From Desulfuromonadales bacterium (GTDB lineage: Bacteria; Desulfobacterota; Desulfuromonadia; Desulfuromonadales; SZUA-540), in NCBI GenBank assembly GCA_033549025.1, contig JAWSUS010000028.1, positions 1 to 31,453 on the forward strand: a stretch of 31,453 nt of DNA, given 5' to 3'. Below the pieces are notes generated by a model, which was not told the DNA's origin, did not search any database, and saw nothing but the letters and a program-made list of their open reading frames with translations. This document shows positions 1 through 7,759 of this stretch, in pieces; the stretch's first letter is position 1; every line of letters begins with the position of its first letter. A program made the position numbers and the translations under genes.

Positions 1-212
1 CATACTGGAAGAAATTCATCAGGCGGCAAGGGGCTGCCTGACCATAACATGGTGTCCACTATTGCGGACCGACCTCACAGTATGGTTTTACGAACAGGTA
101 AAAAAGGGACAAATACAGGCAACAAATTTTGGGGTTGTTCAGCATATCCTAAATGCAGAATGGTGAAAAAAGTCACCTAACAAGCAAATAAACGCGGACG
201 AAATTGAAGCAC

Positions 213-484
213 AAAAAGGGTCAGGCCTGACAAATGGGTTTATTCGCCCTGGCACTGGGGGCTATCCTGCAAAAAATCAAACAGAATATGAAATCGGGGA
301 GGCGTGTCACCTTCCGCAGCGACATGTTGATAGACTCGATGGCGTTGGTCGTGTAGATCACCTTCCAGTCGGTGGCCACGGTCTTGGGCCTGGGGGAAAC
401 TAGGGACACTCCCCGGTTTTTTCTTGAGATGACCTGGCTTCCGTGTTTTCAAAAAAGTAAAAAGGAACAGGCCTGACAATTGGG
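213..484. repeat. Two imperfect direct copies of AAAAAGG-nn-CAGGCCTGACAA-n-TGGG (213-238 and 459-484); the first contains the perfect palindrome GTCAGGCCTGAC
   Basis: Read directly: aaaaagggtcaggcctgacaaatggg versus aaaaaggaacaggcctgacaattggg, flanking the IS256 remnant. Confidence 0.6.
305..385 (-). pseudogene. IS256-family (Mutator-type) transposase remnant, about 27 codons
   Basis: Translates to KTVATDWKVIYTTNAIESINMSLRKVT, matching the IS256 catalytic-Glu motif (IRKVIYTTNAIESxNxxLRK). It is a GC-rich patch inside AT-rich DNA, with no rest of the gene or terminal IRs visible. Confidence 0.8.
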
Positions 485-600
485 GAAACATAGAAAAATA
501 CGACCAAAAAAGGAATAGGGCGATTTTTCGTCCGCCATCATCGAATTTTGTAGTCTGCGAGCATGAAGTAGTTAGAAAAACCAAACCCGCCCGTTAACGG

Positions 601-1191
601 CTAGCGCCGATGCCAGGCCTCATCTGGGGCAAGGCAGGCCTGAGCCTCCTCCAGAAATTCTCTGAAATCCCCCTCCAATTCATTCCGATGTTCTTCCAGA
701 TCGCGTATGGCCTGCGCCATAGGCAGCGGCCGTTTGAGGCGTTGGGATACCCTTTCGAGTACGCGGCCGATAACTGCGGGGTCTTGGTAGGATACCAGCC
801 AGTTGCGCTCGATCATTCGCGGGGCAAGGCGCTGCAGGCCTTCGGCGAGCTGGTCGTGGTGGGTGCGAAGCAGCTGGTAGATGTGCGCGGTGAAGTCGGT
901 GAGGGGGATGGGGGAGAAATCGCTCCAATGCTGGGCGAGGAAGTGGTCGTAGAAAATATCGACGAGGATGCCGCGGCAGTGGCCGTAGTCATGGTGCAGG
1001 CGGGCTTTGCTGCGGCGGAAGGCGGGGTGGTTGTGGGCGAAGCTGTCGAGCTGGCGGTGCTGGTGCAGACCGTGGCGGATGGCGGGGGGAAAGCGGTCGT
1101 CCAGGCGGCCCTTGACGAAGTCCCCCATGAGGTTGCCTAGCAGGCAGGGGGGCTCGGGGTCGGAGAGGTAGAGGTGAAAGAGATAGTTCAC
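601..1191 (-). CDS. acpH: ACP phosphodiesterase (AcpH/DUF479 family)
   Basis: N-terminal MNYLFHLYLS...LLGNLMGDFVKG, H-R-x-L-D-x-F and GILVDIFYDHFLA motifs. Likely GTG start at 1191 rather than 1227. Confidence 0.8.
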   Translation of the reverse strand: MNYLFHLYLSDPEPPCLLGNLMGDFVKGRLDDRFPPAIRHGLHQHRQLDSFAHNHPAFRRSKARLHHDYGHCRGILVDIFYDHFLAQHWSDFSPIPLTDFTAHIYQLLRTHHDQLAEGLQRLAPRMIERNWLVSYQDPAVIGRVLERVSQRLKRPLPMAQAIRDLEEHRNELEGDFREFLEEAQACLAPDEAWHRR

Positions 1192-1223
1192 CGGCGGTTC
1201 CCGATGAAAGAAGGCTGCCCGCC

Positions 1224-2354
1224 TCAATCGGCGGCGGGCAGCTCTTTCAGATTGTCCTGGGCCAGTTGGCGGGATTCGGCGTCGTGGGACAGCTCGTCCA
1301 GGATGAGGTGATAAAAAGATCGGGCGCCCTCAAGGCATTGCTCCTGCAGCAGAAGAGCGCTGACTTCGGCGACGATCTTGGGGTTGTCCCCTTCGTGGGT
1401 GTGGAAGCCCCGGTACAGGTCGAGGGCTTCTGCCATTTCGCCTTGCAGAAAACGCAGCTTGGCCAGTCCGATCTGGGCGTATTTGTCGAAACCGTTCTTG
1501 AGAATGCCGAGGTAGGTCTTCTCGGCCTGGTCGAATTCGCCGAGGTTCCGGTAGGCATCCCCCAGGCGTGAGAGCATGTTGACCGTGCCCTGATGTTTTT
1601 CGAGGATGCGCTCCCAGGTGGCGATGGCCTTGCGGTATTCGCGTTTCCAGCGGTAATAGTTGCCGAGCCCGTAGAGGGCATAGGGGTTGTGACTGTCGAT
1701 TTCGACGGCCTTGGCGTAGAAATCCTTGGCCTTTTCGAAATCGAAGCGTTTCCAGTAGAGGTTGCCGACCATGGTGAGGATGTTGATGAGATCGGGGCGG
1801 CGGGCCAGAACCTTTTCGTAGTATTCGATGGCCTTGGTCTCGTAGCCTTCCTTGTGGTAGAGGTCGGCGATGCCCATGAGGGTGTAGTGGTCGCGCGGGT
1901 TGAGCTTGAGGGCCTGCTCGTAGTGTCTTTCTGCCTCGCCGAAATGCCCCATCATCTTGAGACCGTCGGCGATGCGGGTGATGACGAAGATGTCGTTGGG
2001 ACGCAGACGCAGGTAGGTCTGCCAGAGGCCCACGGCTTCCTTAAATTGCTTGAGTTCGCGCAGGGCATCCCCTAAACCCCGCAGGGCGAAGAGGTTTTTG
2101 CCGTCGGCCTTGAGTACCTTCTGGTAGTAGGGGATGGATTCTTCCATGGCGCCCAGGCTGCGGCAGGCGTCCCCCATGCCGGTGAGGGCATAGGCGTTTT
2201 CCGGCTCCATCTCAAGAGCCCGGGCGAAGGCCTCTTTGGCCTGGTGCCACTTGTGGGCCTTGGCCATCTGATGGCCGGTGCGGGTGAACTCAACGACCTT
2301 GCGGTGCTGATGGCCTTTATTGGTGGGGCGTGTCTGGTCGGTACCTTTATCCAT
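1224..2354 (-). CDS. Tetratricopeptide-repeat protein
   Basis: About 8-9 tandem 34-aa repeats (e.g. NAYALTGMGDACRSLG, NPYALYGLGNYYRWKR). ATG at 2354 is preferred over TTG at 2411. Confidence 0.85.
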   Translation of the reverse strand: MDKGTDQTRPTNKGHQHRKVVEFTRTGHQMAKAHKWHQAKEAFARALEMEPENAYALTGMGDACRSLGAMEESIPYYQKVLKADGKNLFALRGLGDALRELKQFKEAVGLWQTYLRLRPNDIFVITRIADGLKMMGHFGEAERHYEQALKLNPRDHYTLMGIADLYHKEGYETKAIEYYEKVLARRPDLINILTMVGNLYWKRFDFEKAKDFYAKAVEIDSHNPYALYGLGNYYRWKREYRKAIATWERILEKHQGTVNMLSRLGDAYRNLGEFDQAEKTYLGILKNGFDKYAQIGLAKLRFLQGEMAEALDLYRGFHTHEGDNPKIVAEVSALLLQEQCLEGARSFYHLILDELSHDAESRQLAQDNLKELPAAD

Positions 2355-2431
2355 CGGGTTTTTTTGCCTTTCTTCATTTTCCGACGCCTCGCGCCGGCCG
2401 TTCCCATTCAATTGATCATTTGTTCTTCATT

Positions 2432-2773
2432 TTAGTGCGGCAGAGGTTCTGCCGATTCGATTTCCACCCGCGTTCCCCACATGTGGAAGCCGATGGAAGC
2501 CGCTATTTTACGGGCCAGCCCCCGGATGCGCAAGCCGTCCTGCCTGACGGCCGCCGGCAGGTTGACGGGGTCGAGACGCTGGCCGTCGTCGGTGACGATG
2601 CCGAAGAATCCCCCTTCGAGGGGCACGTGGGTGACCGTCCCGGTGAAGGAAAAGGAGGGCTCCGGTGCTGTCGCCGGTTCGGCGGCTTTGAGGTTGGCCG
2701 TCTCATTCGTGCAGGCGGCGCCGAGAAGGAGCAGGGTGAGAATGATGAGGAGGGACCCCAGTCGCTGTGTCAT
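2432..2773 (-). CDS. Small putative lipoprotein (hypothetical, beta-rich)
   Basis: Hydrophobic signal ending in a lipobox-like LGAAC, followed by GTVTHVPLEGGFFGIVTDDG. It starts 3 bp after the upstream gene's stop. Confidence 0.7.
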   Translation of the reverse strand: MTQRLGSLLIILTLLLLGAACTNETANLKAAEPATAPEPSFSFTGTVTHVPLEGGFFGIVTDDGQRLDPVNLPAAVRQDGLRIRGLARKIAASIGFHMWGTRVEIESAEPLPH

Positions 2774-2776
2774 GGC

Positions 2777-3895
2777 TCACATCATCCTGATCTTGCTCTT
2801 GAGGATGAGTACCTCAAAAGCCATGGCGGCTTTGATATTGAGTTGCTGCAATTCAAGAATCCATTTTTCATCCACTTCCCGCTCACTGGTGACAAAGAGG
2901 GCGCCGATAAGGCGGCCGTGGACGATGAGCGGGGCAAGGAGCACGGCAGAGGGGATGCGATTCCCCAGTTCTTTGAGCAGGAGCGAATTGAAGGGCGCGC
3001 GGGGGACGGGCCCAAGGTAGTAGCTGTGGCTCTGGTGGATGGTCTTAAGGATGGACGGCTCATCGAGGGGCACGCAGAGCGTATCGAAGCCGGCTACCGG
3101 CCGGCCGCCGACGCGGGCCTTCCATCCGTAGGCGTTGTCCTCACGCAGCAGAAAGAGGGCGCAGCAGTCGAACTCGCCGCCAAGATATTCCACGAGGATA
3201 TCGGCGATCTCCTCGCGGTCGGCGCATTCGGCCAGCTGTTCGGCTACCGTACCCAACGTGTAGGGCTCGATCTCCTCCGGTTCGTCGTCGGGGGCAGCCT
3301 TGGGCTGGACGGGTTCGGCCGCCGGCGCCGGTTTTTCGGCCGGGGGCGCCGATTCGGCGGGGGAGGCCGGAATATCCCAGAGCGCGTCGTCGTCCGGGAG
3401 AGCGGGCTGGGCGGGGGCGACCGCTTTGCGTTGGTCGGCCAGGGAGCGGACGAAACGTTCTTTGGGTTCGATGCTGTAGTAGCGCTCCAGCGCCTTGACG
3501 ATGTGCAGCTCGGGAGCGACGACAGGATGAACGATGTAGCCGGTGTTAAAAGCAATCTCGTCAATCGCCGTAAAGTTGGATGGGTCGGCCATGGCCAGCA
3601 CCAGGCGGTTGTTCTCGAGACGTATGGGAATGACGCTGTATTTTTCGGCGATGCGGGCCGGGATGAGCTGGAGAGTGGTGAAGACGGCGTGATCCAGTTC
3701 ATCAGGTTCTATATAGGGCACTCCGAGCTTTTTGCTGAGAACCCGGGCGATGTCCTCCTCTTTGAGAAAGCCGAGTTCCAGCAGGTTGGTACCGAGGCGG
3801 CCGCCGTAGAGGACCTGATTGCGCAGTCCTTCTTCCAATTGCGACGCGGTCAGCAGCTTTTCTTCGATCAGCAGTTCTCCGAGACGAATTTTCAT
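2777..3895 (-). CDS. MshEN/GspE-N-terminal domain protein without ATPase, with Pro/Ala linker and GAF-like C-terminal domain
   Basis: RLGELLIEEKLLTASQLEEGLRNQ...GRLGTNLLELGFL (tandem MshEN motifs) and AEKYSVIPI...LVLAMADP (T2SSE_N). No Walker A motif. The C-terminus LLAPLIVHGRLIGALFV is GAF-like. Confidence 0.8.
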   Translation of the reverse strand: MKIRLGELLIEEKLLTASQLEEGLRNQVLYGGRLGTNLLELGFLKEEDIARVLSKKLGVPYIEPDELDHAVFTTLQLIPARIAEKYSVIPIRLENNRLVLAMADPSNFTAIDEIAFNTGYIVHPVVAPELHIVKALERYYSIEPKERFVRSLADQRKAVAPAQPALPDDDALWDIPASPAESAPPAEKPAPAAEPVQPKAAPDDEPEEIEPYTLGTVAEQLAECADREEIADILVEYLGGEFDCCALFLLREDNAYGWKARVGGRPVAGFDTLCVPLDEPSILKTIHQSHSYYLGPVPRAPFNSLLLKELGNRIPSAVLLAPLIVHGRLIGALFVTSEREVDEKWILELQQLNIKAAMAFEVLILKSKIRMM

Positions 3896-3940
3896 AACAT
3901 ATCAAGCCATTCGGGTAAGGGGTAAATGCCTGCGGAAAAA

Positions 3941-5269
3941 TCAGTTGTGTTCAGATTCTGCCGTTTCTGGCGGGGCTGCTGCCATTTTGGAGTTTGTGGA
4001 AATATCCTGATTCTGAAAAGAAGCCAGGTGCGGGGCGATGAGCGCCTGGAATTGAGGCATGTTCTGGGCGGCGACGGGCGCCGAGGCTGGCGCCTTGATG
4101 CGGGCCGGGTTGATGGGCGCGCCGTTCTTGCGCATGCGGAAGCACAGGTGGGGGCCGGTAGCAAGACCGGTGCTGCCAACGTAGCCGATGACCTGCCCTT
4201 GGCTCACGCGCAGGCCGTTGCGCATGCCGCGGGCGAAACCGTTCATATGCAGGTAGATGCTCTCGTAAGCGCCGTTGTGGCGGATTTTGACGTAATTGCC
4301 GTTGGCCCGGGTGTACCCCTTGGCGATGATGGTGCCGTCGCCGACGCTTTTGATGGGGGTTCCCACCGGCGCGGCATAGTCGATGGCCGGATGGGATTTC
4401 CAGGTTTTGGTGATGGGGTGAAAGCGCTTCATGGAAAAACCCGAGGAGATGCGGGAGAAGGACAGGGGCGCCTTGAGAAAGGCCTTGCGCACGCTTTTGC
4501 CCTCGGCGTCGTAGTAGGAGGGCCTCTGCTCGCCATCCTGAAAGAGGAAGGCCCGGAAGGGGTTCCCCTGGTTGGTGAACTGGGCCGCCAGCACACGGCC
4601 GTAGCCGGCGAAGCTCCCTTCGCGGAAGCGTTTTTCGAGGACGGCCTGAAAGCTGTCCCCCTCGCGGATATCGAGGATGAAGTCGATGTCCCAGGCGAAG
4701 ATGTCGGCCAGGGTCATGGCCAGTTCCGGGCCTTCGCCAATTTCGGTGACGGCCTCGAAGAGGCTGGACGTGATGGTGCCGCTGACGCGTTCGGTGCGCA
4801 CCGTGTATTCGATGGGGATGCGGGCGACGTCGAAGTTGTCCTCGGCCCGGCGCACCAGGAGCTGGTCGTCGGCGTTGATTTCGTATTCGAATGATTCGAA
4901 GGCCCCGTCGCGCAGGGTGAGTTTGTAGGGTTGTTCGACGCAGATCTTCGACAGGGGAAAGATGTCGCGGCAGCGGCTGTCGAGCTGAAGAATTTCGGCC
5001 GGCGAAAGATGTTCGCCCAGCAAGGTGGTGGCCGAATCGCCGGAGCGGACCGTTCCTTCGATCACTTCGGTGGAGATTTCGGGAAGGACCGGCGCACTCG
5101 GCGCCTGGTCGGGGCTCGTACGGGCCTCAAGGGGCGATACCGTGGGGCGGTTTACCAGCAGCAGAGGTGTCAGCACGAGACCCACCAGCAGGAGCGCCCA
5201 GAAAAGGCGGGAGCGTTTATTCGTGCGGCTGCGTTGATAACTTTTGGGGGGATTGAAGTCGCGGTTCAC
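3941..5269 (-). CDS. M23 family peptidoglycan DD-endopeptidase (MepM/YebA-like)
   Basis: N-terminal TM segment, RISSGF...HPI, HPAIDYAAPVGTPI (HxxxD), YLHM and STGLATGPHLCF. Confidence 0.9.
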   Translation of the reverse strand: MNRDFNPPKSYQRSRTNKRSRLFWALLLVGLVLTPLLLVNRPTVSPLEARTSPDQAPSAPVLPEISTEVIEGTVRSGDSATTLLGEHLSPAEILQLDSRCRDIFPLSKICVEQPYKLTLRDGAFESFEYEINADDQLLVRRAEDNFDVARIPIEYTVRTERVSGTITSSLFEAVTEIGEGPELAMTLADIFAWDIDFILDIREGDSFQAVLEKRFREGSFAGYGRVLAAQFTNQGNPFRAFLFQDGEQRPSYYDAEGKSVRKAFLKAPLSFSRISSGFSMKRFHPITKTWKSHPAIDYAAPVGTPIKSVGDGTIIAKGYTRANGNYVKIRHNGAYESIYLHMNGFARGMRNGLRVSQGQVIGYVGSTGLATGPHLCFRMRKNGAPINPARIKAPASAPVAAQNMPQFQALIAPHLASFQNQDISTNSKMAAAPPETAESEHN

Positions 5270-5437
5270 GCCCTGCCTCTACGGAATATGCCAGCGAAAG
5301 GGTTGGTCTCCTGCTTCACCGGTGTGTCTGTTTCATCATCTGTTTCAACGGTATTGCCTTGGGCAGGCAGTCGGGGGTATGCTACCAGCTTTATTCCGGT
5401 CTTGTCCAGTCTCAGGTTTTTGCCAGGAGGATACTTC

Positions 5438-6574
5438 ATGATCGATCATCAACGGCTCGCTGACGAATTTTTCCGCCTGGCCTCCATCTCCAGCCCCTCT
5501 TTTCGCGAAGGGACGATTTCCCGCTATTTGAGCGAACGCCTGCGTCTGCTCGGGGCTGAGGTGGTTGACGATGGGGCCGGCCCGAAGATTGGCAGCGAAA
5601 GCGGCAACCTTGTCGCCTATTTTCCCGCCCGCGGCAAAGAGGCGCAACCGCTGATGCTGTCGGTGCACATGGATACGGTCGAGCCGGGCGATGGCGTGCA
5701 GCCTGTGCTGCGGGATGGCGTCTTTACCAGCGCCGGCGAGACGGTGCTGGGGGCGGACGACAAGGCGGGCATCGCCGAAATTCTCGAGGCCATCCAGGTG
5801 CTGCAGGAGAGGGATATCCCCTATGGCCCGCTGGAAGTGGTGATTACCGTTTGCGAGGAAGTGGGGCTGCTCGGCGCCAAAAACCTCGATTTTTCCCTGA
5901 TCCGTTCCCGCCGGGGGCTGGCTCTCGATACCTCGGGAGTCGATCTGGCCATCCATCGCGCCCCCTGCGCCAACAAGATCCGCTTCGAGGTGCGCGGCCG
6001 CGAAGCCCATGCCGGCATCGCCCCGGAGATGGGACTCTCCGCCATCGCCGTGGCCGCCCGGGCCATCGATCGCATGCGCCTGGGCCGCATCGACGAAGAA
6101 ACGACGGCCAACATGGGGACGATCCGTGGCGGGCAGGCCACCAATATTGTCCCTCGCAGCGTCGTGCTCGAAGGGGAGGCCCGCAGCCACAGCCGCCTGA
6201 AACTGGAGCAGCAGACGGCCCACATGATCGACTGTTTCAAGGAAGCGGCCCGGGAGCTGACGAGAGACATCGGCGGCAGCACGGTCTGCGCCGAGGTCGT
6301 CACGGAAGTGATGTCCGACTATCCGCTTATGGCGGTGCCACGGGATGCGGGCATCCTGCAGCTGGTGGAAGCCGCCAGCCAGGCTTTGGGGCGTTCCATC
6401 GAGGTGAAAGGCGCCGGCGGCGGCAGCGACGCCAACGTCTTCAACGGCCAGGGGATCGAAACGGTCATTCTCGGTACCGGCATGAGCAACGTGCATTCGG
6501 TCGACGAGTTCGTGCGGGTCGAAGATATGGTCCGCGTCAGCGAGCTGCTGGTCGAAATCATCCGCCAGGCTTAG
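5438..6574 (+). CDS. M20B peptidase (peptidase T-like/tripeptidase family)
   Basis: HMDTV, LGADDKAG, CEEVGLLGA, GGGSDAN and HSVDE motifs. SD AGGAGG precedes ATG 5438. Confidence 0.88.
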   Translation: MIDHQRLADEFFRLASISSPSFREGTISRYLSERLRLLGAEVVDDGAGPKIGSESGNLVAYFPARGKEAQPLMLSVHMDTVEPGDGVQPVLRDGVFTSAGETVLGADDKAGIAEILEAIQVLQERDIPYGPLEVVITVCEEVGLLGAKNLDFSLIRSRRGLALDTSGVDLAIHRAPCANKIRFEVRGREAHAGIAPEMGLSAIAVAARAIDRMRLGRIDEETTANMGTIRGGQATNIVPRSVVLEGEARSHSRLKLEQQTAHMIDCFKEAARELTRDIGGSTVCAEVVTEVMSDYPLMAVPRDAGILQLVEAASQALGRSIEVKGAGGGSDANVFNGQGIETVILGTGMSNVHSVDEFVRVEDMVRVSELLVEIIRQA

Positions 6575-6580
6575 GAGGCT

Positions 6581-7759
6581 GTGGTGAAATTGCCCCTCTC
6601 CCACCATATCCGGCAGGTTCACTTTCCGCCCATCTCCGAGGTCAAGAGCTGGATTGCCGGCCGCCACTTTCCCGCCGAGCGTCCCCTGGTCGACCTCTGC
6701 CAGGCCGTCCCCGATTATCCGCCGGCCCCGGAACTGACCGATTACCTGGCCGGGCGTCTGGACGATCCGCTGACTTCACGCTACACCCCCGATGAAGGGC
6801 TGCCCGAGGTACGGCAGGCGATCTGCGCCTGGTATGAGCGCCTGTACGGGGCGGCGCTGCAGCCGGACCAGCTCTGCTTGAGCATCGGCGCCAGCCAGGC
6901 CTTCTGGCTGGCCATGGTGACCCTCTGCCAAGCCGGCGACGAGGTCATCGTGCAGACGCCTTATTATTTCGATCACGCCATGGCCCTGGATATCCTTGGT
7001 CTGAAGGCGGTCTATACCCCTTTTGACGAAGCGGATGCGGGCCTGCCCGATGTGGACCGTATCGCCTCAATGATCACCCCGCGCACCAAGGCCATTGTGC
7101 TGGTAACGCCGAGCAATCCCACGGGGGCGGTGACGCCGCCGGCGACGCTGACCAGGCTGTTCGAGGTGGCACGCGAGCATGGCCTCGCCCTGGTGCTGGA
7201 CGAAACCTACAACGCCTTTCTCCCCGGCGGCGCCCGTCCGCACGAGCTGTTCAGCCGCGTCGACTGGGACGAGAACCTGGTGCATATCGCTTCCTTCGGC
7301 AAAACCTTTGCCCTGACCGGCTATCGGGCCGGCATGCTGGTCGCTTCCCAAGAGTTCATCCATCACGCCCTCAAGGCGCAGGACACCATGGCGGTCTGCC
7401 AGCCCCGCCTGACCCAGCTGGCCGTAGGCTACGGCGTGGCTCATCTCGACGCCTGGGTGGCGGACAACCGCGACATGATGCAGCGTCGTCACGACCGTTT
7501 TCGGGCCGAATTTCTGCAGCCCGGCAACCCCTTCCGGCTGGTGGCCAGCGGCGGCTTTTTCGCCTGGGTGCGGCATCCCTGGCCGGGACAGAGCGGACGG
7601 CAGGTGGCCAGGCGCCTGGCCGACGAGGCCAATCTCATCTGTCTGCCGGGAGAGGTGTTCGGTCCCGGTCTGGAGAATTACCTGCGCCTGGCTTTCGGCA
7701 ACATCCACGAAGACCACCTCGTCGAGGCGGTGCGCCGTTTCCGCGACTTTCCCGTCTGA
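6581..7759 (+). CDS. Class I/II PLP-dependent aminotransferase
   Basis: TPSNPTG, LDETY and SFGKTFALTGYRAG (PLP lysine) motifs; SD GGAGG. Confidence 0.9.
   Translation: MVKLPLSHHIRQVHFPPISEVKSWIAGRHFPAERPLVDLCQAVPDYPPAPELTDYLAGRLDDPLTSRYTPDEGLPEVRQAICAWYERLYGAALQPDQLCLSIGASQAFWLAMVTLCQAGDEVIVQTPYYFDHAMALDILGLKAVYTPFDEADAGLPDVDRIASMITPRTKAIVLVTPSNPTGAVTPPATLTRLFEVAREHGLALVLDETYNAFLPGGARPHELFSRVDWDENLVHIASFGKTFALTGYRAGMLVASQEFIHHALKAQDTMAVCQPRLTQLAVGYGVAHLDAWVADNRDMMQRRHDRFRAEFLQPGNPFRLVASGGFFAWVRHPWPGQSGRQVARRLADEANLICLPGEVFGPGLENYLRLAFGNIHEDHLVEAVRRFRDFPV

Noticed and set aside
240..584. 114-aa minus-strand ORF
   Set aside because: It has low-complexity, AT-rich composition and is out of frame with the IS256 motif, so it is probably spurious.
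2330..4894. Long plus-strand ORFs (531 aa and 322 aa)
   Set aside because: They are antisense shadows of the MshEN, lipoprotein and M23 genes, expected from GC-rich codon bias, with no recognisable motifs.
4931..5437. N-terminal extension of the M20 ORF (likewise the extensions at 21023, 29637 and 13669)
   Set aside because: Strong SD sequences and family N-termini support the later starts (5438, 21131, 29847, 13600).
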